Positions 17,388 through 25,753 of a stretch of 32,000 nt of DNA are shown here, piece by piece (within the stretch, counting starts at the first letter, position 1; every line of letters starts with the position of its first letter). The position numbers were made by a program, and so were the translations under genes. The DNA comes from Nitratidesulfovibrio vulgaris str. Hildenborough (GTDB lineage: Bacteria; Desulfobacterota; Desulfovibrionia; Desulfovibrionales; Desulfovibrionaceae). The DNA lies in NCBI RefSeq assembly GCF_000195755.1, contig NC_002937.3, positions 1,650,001 to 1,682,000 of the forward strand, in the 5' to 3' direction. The notes under the pieces are model-generated. The model was not told the origin of the DNA, did not search any database, and saw only the letters and a program-made list of their open reading frames with translations.

Positions 17388-17482
17388 TGTTTTTCAGTAC
17401 ACCGGAGCGGGCGTTCCAGCCCCGGAACTCCACTTGGAGCTCGTCATCCGGTGGCTTTCGCAATCTTTCAGGAGTACACGTC

Positions 17483-19897
17483 GTGCCAGATTTCCGTCAA
17501 GCCTTGCGCGCAGGGCGCAGACTTCTTTTCGATGGTGGCCTCGGAACCATGTTGCAGGCCCGTGGCCTGCCCGCCGGGGTAAGCCCCGAGCAGTTCTGCC
17601 TTGATCGTCCCGATGTCCTTCGTGGCATCCATGCCGACTATGTGCGTGCAGGGGCCGACATCCTGACCACCAACACCTTCGGCGGAAGCCGCTTCAAGCT
17701 CGGCGACGGGTTCGACGTGGTCGACTTCAACCGTCGCATGGCCGCCATCGCCCGTGAAGCTGCAGACGCATCTGGCAGGCAGGCTTTCGTCGCAGGCAGC
17801 ATAGGCCCGACGGGGCATTTCGTGAAACCACTCGGAGAGGTGGAGCCTGCCGCGCTAGTCGCCGCCTTTCGGGAGCAGGTGCGCGGGCTTGTCGCAGGTG
17901 GTGCCGATCTCCTGATGATCGAGACACAGTTCGACCTTGCCGAGGCGCGTGCCGCTGTCGTCGCAGCCCGTGCGGAGTGTTCGCTTCCCATCGCCGTCTC
18001 CATGACGTTCGAGAATGGTGTCAGCCTCACGGGCAGCACACCCGAGGTGTTCGTCGCCACCATGCTCAACCTCGGGGTGGACCTGCTGGGCACCAATTGC
18101 AGTGCAGGGCCCGACCAGATGCATGATGTGGTGGCCTCGCTGCTGGCGTCCGCTTCCGTGCCGGTGCTCGTCGAGCCCAATGCCGGATTGCCCGAACTCA
18201 TCGACGGCAAGACTGTGTTCAGGCTGCCCCCCGCCCCGTTCGCCGAGAAGACGGCTGCCTTCGCCGCCATGGGGGCGCGTGTGCTTGGCGGCTGCTGTGG
18301 CACGACACCCGACCATATCGCAGCCCTGCGGCAGGCAGTGGCCGATATTCCCGCCACGCTTCCGGTGGACAGTGGCGTGGGCATTGTCCTCACCACGAGG
18401 TCGCACCTCGTGCGGGTGGGTGGTGACGCCCCGGTGCGCATCATCGGTGAACGCATCAACCCCACAGGCAAGAAGCAGCTCATAGCCGAATTGCAGGCGG
18501 GCGACTTCTCGCTGGCGTTGCGCTTCTCCGACGAACAGGTCGAGGCGGGGGCGCCCATTCTCGACGTGAACGTGGGCGCGCCCATGGTGGATGAGGAAGT
18601 GCTGCTGCCCGACCTCGTGCAGCGACTCATCACCCGGCACGGGGTGCCGCTATCCATCGACTCGTCCAATGCCGCTGCCATCGAACGTGCGCTGCCCTAT
18701 TGCCCCGGTTCGACGCTCGTCAACTCCATCAGCGGCGAACCGGGCCGCATGGAACGCCTCGGCCCCTTGTGCCGCGACCACGGTGCCCCCTTCATCCTGC
18801 TGCCTCTCAAGGGACGCAAGCTGCCCGTGGCTGCCACGGAGCGCATCGCCATCATCGAGGAACTCCTCGTTCAGGCCGAAGGTCTCGGCATCCCGCGCCG
18901 TCTTGTCATGGTCGACGTGCTGGCGCTTGCCGTATCCTCCAAGGCGGAGGCTGCGCGGCAGTGTCTCGAGACCATCCGCTGGTGTACGGCCAACGGCTTC
19001 GCCACGACCATAGGTCTGTCGAACATCTCGTTCGGCCTGCCCGCCCGGGAACTGCTCAACGGCACGTTCCTCGCCATGGCGGCGGGGGCAGGTCTGAGTT
19101 CGTGCATCGCCCACCCCGGCAACGGGCGCATCCGCGAGACGGTGGCATGTGCCGACGTCCTGCTGGCGCGAGATGCCAACGCCGAACGGTTCATCGACGC
19201 CTACGCGGCGTGGACGCCCGCGACACAGGGCGGCCCCGTGGCCAGCGGCCCCGGCCTTGCGTCCCAGCCGCCGGCGACCACACTTGAAGAGGCGGTCGTG
19301 AAAGGCGACCGTGATGGTGTCACGGCCATCGTGGAGAGTGAGCTTGCTGCCGGGGCAGACCCCTTCGACCTTGTGCAGACCAAGCTCATTCCGGCCATCA
19401 ACGAGGTCGGCGTCAAATACGAGCGCCGCGAATACTTCCTGCCCCAGCTCATCCGTTCGGCAGAGACCATGCAGACGGCCTTCAGGCGATTGCAACCCCT
19501 GCTGGAGGAGATGCGCGGGGCCGAGGTGCGCCCGGTCATCATCATGGCTACTGTCGAGGGTGATATCCACGACATCGGCAAGAACATCGTCTCGCTCATG
19601 CTGGGCAACCATGGCTTCGAGGTCGTCGACCTCGGCAAGGATGTGAAGGCCGAGACCATCGTCGACGCGGCAGAGACCCACGGTGCACGTATCATCGGGC
19701 TCTCCGCCCTCATGACGACCACCATGGTGCGCATGGAGGATACGGTGAAGCTTGTGCGTGCCCGCGGGCTGGATGTGAAAGTCATCGTGGGCGGGGCCGT
19801 CGTGACCAAGGCCTTCGCCGACGCCATCGGGGCGGACGGTTATTCGGCCGATGCCGTCGAAGCCGTCAGACTTGCAAAATCGCTTCTCGCCGGGTAA
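17483..19897 (+). CDS. metH: Cobalamin-dependent methionine synthase, short form lacking the C-terminal AdoMet/reactivation domain
   Basis: GTG start at 17483, 8 nt after AGGAG (17470-17474). The domains run in order: Hcy S-methyltransferase (LLFDGGLGTMLQ, GGCCGTTP), pterin-binding (ERINPTGKK, GLSNISFGLP), B12 cap, then B12-binding with DIHDIGKN (DxHxxG, 19562-19579). About 804 aa. The ORF ends right after the B12 domain. Confidence 0.88.
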   Translation: MPDFRQALRAGRRLLFDGGLGTMLQARGLPAGVSPEQFCLDRPDVLRGIHADYVRAGADILTTNTFGGSRFKLGDGFDVVDFNRRMAAIAREAADASGRQAFVAGSIGPTGHFVKPLGEVEPAALVAAFREQVRGLVAGGADLLMIETQFDLAEARAAVVAARAECSLPIAVSMTFENGVSLTGSTPEVFVATMLNLGVDLLGTNCSAGPDQMHDVVASLLASASVPVLVEPNAGLPELIDGKTVFRLPPAPFAEKTAAFAAMGARVLGGCCGTTPDHIAALRQAVADIPATLPVDSGVGIVLTTRSHLVRVGGDAPVRIIGERINPTGKKQLIAELQAGDFSLALRFSDEQVEAGAPILDVNVGAPMVDEEVLLPDLVQRLITRHGVPLSIDSSNAAAIERALPYCPGSTLVNSISGEPGRMERLGPLCRDHGAPFILLPLKGRKLPVAATERIAIIEELLVQAEGLGIPRRLVMVDVLALAVSSKAEAARQCLETIRWCTANGFATTIGLSNISFGLPARELLNGTFLAMAAGAGLSSCIAHPGNGRIRETVACADVLLARDANAERFIDAYAAWTPATQGGPVASGPGLASQPPATTLEEAVVKGDRDGVTAIVESELAAGADPFDLVQTKLIPAINEVGVKYERREYFLPQLIRSAETMQTAFRRLQPLLEEMRGAEVRPVIIMATVEGDIHDIGKNIVSLMLGNHGFEVVDLGKDVKAETIVDAAETHGARIIGLSALMTTTMVRMEDTVKLVRARGLDVKVIVGGAVVTKAFADAIGADGYSADAVEAVRLAKSLLAG

Positions 19898-19923
19898 TCG
19901 GCGCGTCTTTCGACGAGGTGTAT

Positions 19924-20391
19924 ATGAAGTTCCGTTCAGCCCTGTTTACGGTCCTGTGCCTGATCGTCTTGACCCTTCCCGCTTTTGCGGCCCCCCGGGA
20001 GATTGGTTCCGGAGACCTGCTGAAGCTCGTGGGCGAGTCCCGCGGCAAGGTGGTCGTGGTCAACTTCTTCGCCTCATGGTGCCCGCCGTGCCTTGAGGAG
20101 ATTCCCGGACTCATCCGTCTGCGTGGTCATTACAAGCCTTCGCAGGTGGAGTTCATAGGTGTGTCGGTCGATGAAAGCCGCGACCAGCTTGTGGCACTCA
20201 TGGGCAAGACCCCGTTCAACTATCCGGTTTTCCTCGCACGTGAAGAGCTTTCGCGGTTCTTCGGCATCTCATCGATTCCCCGCCTGCTGGTCTATGACAA
20301 GGCTGGCAAGCTGGTCATCGACAATGTCGGCCTCGTCGAGGCGGATGAACTTGCGAAGGCCATCGACACGCTGCTTGGTGGCGGCAAATAA
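19924..20391 (+). CDS. Periplasmic thioredoxin-fold thiol:disulfide oxidoreductase (TlpA/ResA-like)
   Basis: ATG at 19924, 5 nt after GAGG. The track start at 19918 is a GTG two codons upstream. The signal peptide is MKFRSALFTVLCLIVLTLPAFA. The active site is FFASWCPPC. Confidence 0.8.
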   Translation: MKFRSALFTVLCLIVLTLPAFAAPREIGSGDLLKLVGESRGKVVVVNFFASWCPPCLEEIPGLIRLRGHYKPSQVEFIGVSVDESRDQLVALMGKTPFNYPVFLAREELSRFFGISSIPRLLVYDKAGKLVIDNVGLVEADELAKAIDTLLGGGK

Positions 20392-20855
20392 TGGCACCAT
20401 TCATACGCAAGGCCACTGTTCCAGACGTCAAGCGCATCCACGCCATACTCATGGAGTGCGCCGGGCAGCGACTGCTGCTGCCCCGGTCGCTGAATGACCT
20501 CTACAGCCGCATTCGCGACTTCGTGGTCGTCGATGCGGATGAAGGCGGGGCGATACTCGGCTGTTGTGCCCTTTCCATCACATGGGAGGACATCGCCGAA
20601 ATACGCTCGCTGGTCGTCCTTGAATCGCTGCGGGGTCAGGGATGGGGGCGCAGGCTTGTGGAGGCATGCATGAGCGATGCCGTGACGTTGGGCCTTTATC
20701 GCGTTTTCACGCTCACCTATCAGGTCGAGTTCTTCAACAAGCTCGGGTATTCTGTTGTAGGCAAGGAGGTGCTCCCCCAGAAGGTGTGGGCCGACTGCAT
20801 CCATTGCCCCCAGTTCCCCGAATGCGACGAAACGGCCATGCTCATCGAGCTGTAG
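20391..20855 (+). CDS. GNAT-family N-acetyltransferase (ArgA-like short form) with C-terminal Cys cluster
   Basis: 154 aa. The acetyl-CoA motif is LRGQGWGRRLVEA. The C-terminus is CIHCPQFPEC. The start overlaps the upstream TAA as TAATG. Confidence 0.8.
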   Translation: MAPFIRKATVPDVKRIHAILMECAGQRLLLPRSLNDLYSRIRDFVVVDADEGGAILGCCALSITWEDIAEIRSLVVLESLRGQGWGRRLVEACMSDAVTLGLYRVFTLTYQVEFFNKLGYSVVGKEVLPQKVWADCIHCPQFPECDETAMLIEL

Positions 20856-20935
20856 CGCTTCCTGCCGCAGACCCGGCAGATGCAGCGGTATATTCCGGCC
20901 CGCAAGAGGGCCGATGAAACAGGAGAGAGAGTCAC

Positions 20936-21466
20936 ATGATCATCAAGGACCTCAAGGTCGTCTACAGCGAAGAACAGATTGCAGCCCGCGTGCGTGAGCT
21001 GGCGCAGGAGATAAACAGACTCTACAAGGGCGAACCCCTTGTGGTCGTCTGCGTGCTCAAGGGGGCGTTCATGTTCTTCACCGACCTCGTGCGTCACCTC
21101 GACATGCACCCCGAACTCGATTTCGTGCGCCTTGCCAGCTATGGCGACGCCACACATCGCGGTTCGACCATCAGCTTCCTCAAGGATGTTGAAGTGAAGC
21201 TTGAAGGCAAGCATGTCCTCATCGTGGAAGACATCGTCGATACCGGGCACACCATGGACTTCCTCTTCCGGCAGCTTGCTGCGCGGGGGGCGAAGAGCAT
21301 GCGCCTTGCGGTGCTGGTCGACAAGACCGAACGGCGCGAGGTGCCGGTGCGCGCCGATTTCGTGGGATTTGCCTTGCCGCGGGGCTTCATAGTAGGGTAC
21401 GGACTCGACTATGCCCAGAAGTACCGCGAACTTGGGGCCATCTACGAGGCTATCGTGGATGCCTAG
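20936..21466 (+). CDS. hpt: Hypoxanthine phosphoribosyltransferase
   Basis: 176 aa. Contains VCVLKGAFMFFTDL, the PRPP loop VLIVEDIVDTGHT and FVVGYGLDY-type FIVGYGLDYAQKYR. Confidence 0.9.
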   Translation: MIIKDLKVVYSEEQIAARVRELAQEINRLYKGEPLVVVCVLKGAFMFFTDLVRHLDMHPELDFVRLASYGDATHRGSTISFLKDVEVKLEGKHVLIVEDIVDTGHTMDFLFRQLAARGAKSMRLAVLVDKTERREVPVRADFVGFALPRGFIVGYGLDYAQKYRELGAIYEAIVDA

Positions 21467-21496
21467 GGGCGGGACTTCACGTCCGCGAGGTGCCAG

Positions 21497-22285
21497 ATGA
21501 TCGTTACCTGCCCCAAATGTTCGACGCGCTATAACCTGCCCGACGCTGCTGCCAAGCCCGATGCCAAGGCGCGGTGCACGGTCTGCAAGCATGTCTTCTC
21601 GTTGGCTGAAGTCGTTGCCCCCTCTGTCGGGGGGCAGACTCCCGGTCATGACGCCGCTTCGGCGTCGGGTTCCGACGTGAGTGACATCATCGGTGAGGTG
21701 AAAGGCTATAATCTCGACGCCACGCCTCCGAAACCCGAAGAGAAGAAGCGCAAGCGCACGTCTCTGGTCGTTGCGCTTGTCATGCTGCTGCTCGTGGGCG
21801 CGGGTGCAGGGGCATGGAAGTTCTGGCCGCGCGGTGCGGACAAGGCGGTTGATGAGGCGGCACAGAAGCTTGCCGCCAGTGAACAGATCAAGAACATCGC
21901 CTTGCGTAACGTGCGACAGTACTACATCAACAACGAGAAGCTGGGTCAGGTCTCGGTCATCGAAGGGCGTGTGGTGAACAACTTCACCTCTCCGCGAGAA
22001 CTCATCAAGGTCGAGGCATCGCTCTATGACAAGAACGGTGCCACTGTCGTGTCGAAGACCCAGCTTTGCGGTACTACCGTGTCGCTCTTCCACCTTCAGG
22101 TACTGGGTGAGCAGGAGCTCGAGACGGCACTCAACAACAAGATCGACATCCTCACGAACAACACCAGCATCCCTTCCGCTGGCGAAGTGCCCTTCATGGT
22201 GGTGTTCTACAATCCGCCGTCGACGGTGACCGAGTTCGGGGTGAAGGTCGTCGAGGCGCGGACGCCTCCTGAAAAGAAGCAGTAG
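21497..22285 (+). CDS. MJ0042-type zinc-ribbon membrane protein (DUF3426-like C-terminal domain)
   Basis: 262 aa. The N-terminal zinc ribbon is CPKCSTRYNLP...ARCTVCKHVF. A low-complexity linker follows, then one TM segment (SLVVALVMLLLVGAGAGAW) and a beta-rich C-terminal domain. Confidence 0.7.
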   Translation: MIVTCPKCSTRYNLPDAAAKPDAKARCTVCKHVFSLAEVVAPSVGGQTPGHDAASASGSDVSDIIGEVKGYNLDATPPKPEEKKRKRTSLVVALVMLLLVGAGAGAWKFWPRGADKAVDEAAQKLAASEQIKNIALRNVRQYYINNEKLGQVSVIEGRVVNNFTSPRELIKVEASLYDKNGATVVSKTQLCGTTVSLFHLQVLGEQELETALNNKIDILTNNTSIPSAGEVPFMVVFYNPPSTVTEFGVKVVEARTPPEKKQ

Positions 22286-22297
22286 CAGGGCGGATGC

Positions 22298-23668
22298 GTG
22301 GCCAAGGTCCGAGAGACGTACGTTTGCAGTGCATGTGGTGCCAATACCCCGCAATGGCGAGGGCAATGTCCCACCTGCAAGGCATGGAACACTCTTGACG
22401 CAGTGACCGTCGCGCGTGAAACGCGCAGCGGCGTGCGGCGACAGGGGGCACCTGATTCGGTGCGCCCACGGCCTTTGCGCGACGTGAGCGATGAGGGCGG
22501 AAGCCCCTTCGGTACCGGGCTTGAAGCCCTCGACCGTGTGCTCGGTTCCGGCCTTGTGCCGGGTGCCGCCATCCTTTTCGGTGGTGAGCCGGGGATAGGC
22601 AAGTCGACGCTTCTTCTGCAGGTCGCCGGGGCTGTGGCAGCCAGCGGGCGCGATGTGCTCTACCTGTCAGGTGAGGAGTCGCTCACACAGCTCAAGGGAC
22701 GTGCAGAACGTCTCGGGGTGCTGCACGAAAGGCTTCTCGCCGTGGCGACATCGCGTGTCGAGGACGTCTTCTCCGTTCTTGAGAGTGGCACCCCGCCAGC
22801 CCTTCTCGTACTCGACTCGGTGCAGACGCTCACATCCGACCTCGCCGAGGGACTGCCCGGCAACGTCAGTCAGGTGCGCGCCGTCGCCACCGAGGTCGTC
22901 GACCGTTGCAAGCGCGCCGGGACAGCCGTCCTGCTGGTCGGGCATGTGACCAAGGATGGCAATCTCGCCGGCCCCCGTCTGCTGGAGCATATGGTCGATA
23001 CCGTCGTTTCTCTGGAAGGTGACCGACGCCAGATGTTCCGCCTGTTGCGGGTGCTCAAGAACCGCTTCGGCCCCAATCAGGAGTTGCTCGTCTTCCAGAT
23101 GGCACAGCGGGGGCTCGAGGTCGTTGAAGACCCCTCCACGTTCTTCCTTGGAGCACGCGACCCGGCCCTCAGTGGTACCGCCGTGGTGATGGCGGTTGAC
23201 GGGCAACGCCCCTTCGCCGTCGAGGTGCAGGCACTTGTCACCCGCAGCTATCTCGCCATACCCCGCCGTACCGGACTCGGCTTCGACGTCAACAGGCTGC
23301 ACCTGCTGCTTGCCGTGCTTGAGAAGCGGCTTCGCCTCAACTTCGGGCAGGTCGATATCTATGCCAAAATCGGCGGGGGGATGCGGCTTCAAGACCCCGG
23401 CATGGACCTCGCGCTTGTGGCTGCCGTGCTTTCATCCTTCTATGATGTTGCGCTTCCTGAACGCGCTGTCCTGTGGGGGGAAGTCGACCTCAACGGGCAG
23501 GTGCGCCCCGTCGCGGCGCACGACATCCGCCTCGGGCAGGCTGCCCGCCTTGGCTATGGCCCTGTTCTTCATCCCGGCGAGGGGAGGGGGGCCGTGCCGA
23601 CCGTGGTCGAACTTCAGGCAAGGCTCTTCGGCAAGTCTGGCGCCCCCCGGCATAATCCCTCCGAGTAG
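22298..23668 (+). CDS. radA: DNA repair protein RadA/Sms
   Basis: GTG start. Contains the zinc finger CSACGANTPQWRGQCPTCKAWNT, Walker A GGEPGIGKSTLLLQ, the KNRFG motif (LKNRFGP) and a Lon-protease-like C-terminal domain. Confidence 0.92.
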   Translation: MAKVRETYVCSACGANTPQWRGQCPTCKAWNTLDAVTVARETRSGVRRQGAPDSVRPRPLRDVSDEGGSPFGTGLEALDRVLGSGLVPGAAILFGGEPGIGKSTLLLQVAGAVAASGRDVLYLSGEESLTQLKGRAERLGVLHERLLAVATSRVEDVFSVLESGTPPALLVLDSVQTLTSDLAEGLPGNVSQVRAVATEVVDRCKRAGTAVLLVGHVTKDGNLAGPRLLEHMVDTVVSLEGDRRQMFRLLRVLKNRFGPNQELLVFQMAQRGLEVVEDPSTFFLGARDPALSGTAVVMAVDGQRPFAVEVQALVTRSYLAIPRRTGLGFDVNRLHLLLAVLEKRLRLNFGQVDIYAKIGGGMRLQDPGMDLALVAAVLSSFYDVALPERAVLWGEVDLNGQVRPVAAHDIRLGQAARLGYGPVLHPGEGRGAVPTVVELQARLFGKSGAPRHNPSE

Positions 23669-23984
23669 AGATTCTTCCGCCCTCCGTATCTTTTGCCTGT
23701 AAGCATCCGTGAACGTCGCCCCTTTGCACACTGCTGAAGTGCATGTGTTGTCCCGGGCTGACTTCAGCGGATGCGGCTGTCTTCCGTGTGCGCCGTGGTG
23801 GGGTCCTCGATAATGATGCATGAGGATATGGCGCAGTATATTCCGTCCATGTATCCTTGCGTACGCGGCTATGGTATGATTGGATGTAATGGGATGGCGT
23901 GACGGGGCCATCGGGGCGCATGCCGAAACCGTCACATGTCGTCATTCTTTGCCGCGTACATCGCGCATAAGGTCCGGGGGGTCC

Positions 23985-25727
23985 ATGAGCGCAGTCGTAG
24001 AAATCGCCCGCGATGTCAGCACGCATCTTGTCGAAATCGGCAAGGGGCTTGCACGTGTGGTGCATGAACAGGAACAGACCTTCCTCGACCTTGGAGATGC
24101 CGTTCAGCGGATTGCCATGCAGGTTGGCGGCATCGGCGACGAGGCACGAGACCTTGTCAGGGTCACGTCGGGCGAGGCCATGTCACACATCCTCGAAGCG
24201 CTGGAGGGCGAGTTCGGTCGCATGGCCGAATTGTGCGCCACCGGTGTTCATGGTGGAGAACAGGCCCTGCTCGCCCGTACACGGGAACTCGTCCAGAACC
24301 TTGGCGTCTCTGTCCGTGAGTACGCACGCATCGTGCGGACCCTTCAGATGCTCGGCATCGCCACCCGCATAGAGAGTGCGCGTCTCGGTGCCGACGGACG
24401 TGGGTTCAGTACTCTGGCGGATGACGTCGAGAAGCTTGCGGGAAAGATCATCGAGTATTCGTCGAGCCTGCTTGAACAGGGGCGCGCACTCGATGTCACC
24501 ATCGCCGAGGCGGAGGGGCGGAGTCTTGAGATGGGGGCGAAACAGGATTCGTGTTCGCTTGCCGTTTCAGTAGGGCTGCTCGACGGACTCGACAACCTCA
24601 AACGCACGATGGCTTCGAGCAGGGCGTCGTCGTTGCAGGTCGAGGGATTGCTGGCAGACATCAACAAATCCATGCAAGGCCTCGTGGGGTCGCTCCAGTT
24701 TCACGACATCGTCCGGCAGCAGGTCGAGCATGTCGTCGAAGCCGTCGATGATGTCCTTGCCGGGCTGGCAAGGAACGCTGCCGCAGAATCCACTTCTGGT
24801 GCCGAGGAACTGGCTTTCGCCGCAGAGGTGTGCACCCTGCAGGAGTCCCAGACCCGTGCGGCTTCAGAGAGTCTCTCCACGGCTGTCGCCTCGTTGCGTT
24901 CCGAAATGCGCACCATCGCCAGCAGCGTCCGGCAGGTCGTTCTGGATGCCGGCGGAGGCTCGGGCGAGGGTGCGTCGGAATCGACAGCAGCAAAGGTCCT
25001 GGACGCCCTAGAGAACGAAGTCCGGGCAGCCGCGACCAGTATGCGCGAACTTGCCGTGCAGGGCGAAGACATGGGTCGCACCATGGAGATGGTCGCGTCC
25101 ACGGTTTCGGACATGACGGCGTTTCTCGCCGACATCGAGGATGTCGGATCGGAAATCGAGCTCATCGCCCTCAATGCGAGCATCAGTGCGGCGCATACGG
25201 GTGACAAGGGGAAGGCGCTCGGTGTGCTCGCAACGTCCATCCAGCGTCTTTCGCAGGATGCGGGGACACAGACGGTCGCCCTTGCAGACCTGCTGAGGAG
25301 CATCGACACCGCAGCCGGGGAACTGAAGGCTCTGGCCCTGTCCTACCTTGACATGAGCAGGGTTTCTGCCGTCAAGGAGGAACTCGAGCGGCTGACGCTC
25401 GCCTTGCGCGAAGCAAGTGGCGAGGCTGAACGCCACTTCAGGGGCGTTGCCAGCAGTTGCGATGTGCTCGCGCGTGACATGGAAAGACGCGTGCAGGACA
25501 TCGCAGTGGACAGGCTCGTCTGCGCTGCGCTCGACAAGGGGGCTGAACGGTTCGCCGTGGTGGCCGCCAAGGCGCGGCGAGGGGTTCCGGCCGGGACGCA
25601 GGTGCCGCGCGAGCGCATGAAGCATATGCATCAACGTTACACCATGCAGCAGGAACGCGTGCTGCATGGCAGGCATGTCGGCGAGTCGACCGACGATGGC
25701 ATGGGCGACAACATCGAACTGTTCTGA
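23985..25727 (+). CDS. Soluble chemoreceptor-like protein with two MCP signalling (hairpin-tip) modules
   Basis: Start at ATG 23985 (MSAVVEIARD), 5 nt after GGGGGG. The track start at 23880 adds an Arg/Cys-rich extension. There is no TM-length hydrophobic stretch. Tip-like copy 1 is RIESARLGADGRGFSTLADDVEKLA. Tip-like copy 2 is LIALNASISAAHTGDKGKALGVLATSIQRLSQ. The protein lies directly upstream of cheY-cheA-cheR-cheB. Confidence 0.75.
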   Translation: MSAVVEIARDVSTHLVEIGKGLARVVHEQEQTFLDLGDAVQRIAMQVGGIGDEARDLVRVTSGEAMSHILEALEGEFGRMAELCATGVHGGEQALLARTRELVQNLGVSVREYARIVRTLQMLGIATRIESARLGADGRGFSTLADDVEKLAGKIIEYSSSLLEQGRALDVTIAEAEGRSLEMGAKQDSCSLAVSVGLLDGLDNLKRTMASSRASSLQVEGLLADINKSMQGLVGSLQFHDIVRQQVEHVVEAVDDVLAGLARNAAAESTSGAEELAFAAEVCTLQESQTRAASESLSTAVASLRSEMRTIASSVRQVVLDAGGGSGEGASESTAAKVLDALENEVRAAATSMRELAVQGEDMGRTMEMVASTVSDMTAFLADIEDVGSEIELIALNASISAAHTGDKGKALGVLATSIQRLSQDAGTQTVALADLLRSIDTAAGELKALALSYLDMSRVSAVKEELERLTLALREASGEAERHFRGVASSCDVLARDMERRVQDIAVDRLVCAALDKGAERFAVVAAKARRGVPAGTQVPRERMKHMHQRYTMQQERVLHGRHVGESTDDGMGDNIELF

Positions 25728-25753
25728 ACGGGCTTCGGACGCCCGGAGGCACT

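Noticed and set aside
17063-17482. N-terminal extensions given by the ORF track for metH (17063), and likewise for rho (5097), ispE (9268), the M48 protease (11549), cysS (12946), the LolB-like gene (14720), the receptor (23880), the OFOR beta subunit (2367) and DUF190 (31840).
   Set aside because: The extensions overlap the upstream gene or the divergent promoter, and they encode Arg/Ser/Cys-rich junk. They also precede internal start codons that have good RBS spacing or ATGA coupling and that align with the N-termini of known homologues.
17278-17482. Possible known riboswitch (SAH, SAM or cobalamin) in the metH leader.
   Set aside because: I could not find the conserved cores of these classes as I remember them, for example the B12 box or the SAH riboswitch GAGGAGCG/AACGGCGCUC-type segments. 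Only a generic structured element is reported, as a low-interest finding.
20720-22366. 548-aa ORF on the - strand, the longest unexplained ORF in the track. Similar long ORFs occur at 6024-7400(+), 3961-5052(+), 7189-8253(+), 11282-12340(+), 17638-18681(-), 18650-19681(-), 27198-28286(-), 28235-29140(-) and 30057-31154(-).
   Set aside because: Each one lies antisense to, or out of frame with, a gene that has unmistakable family signatures (hpt, pth/rplY, rho, prs, cysS, metH, cheA, cheR, cheB/sir). Their products are Arg/Gly/His/Pro-rich and low in complexity. This is typical of stop-codon-poor shadow frames in high-GC DNA.
23669-23984. I looked for sigma-54 (TGGCAC-N5-TTGC) or FliA (TAAA-N15-GCCGATAA) promoters upstream of the chemoreceptor gene. 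The nearest matches are TGGCGCAGTATATTCC and TCGATAAT.
   Set aside because: The sigma-54-like site lacks the -12 GC. The FliA-like -10 has no TAAA element at the right distance. There is no convincing promoter call from the sequence alone.
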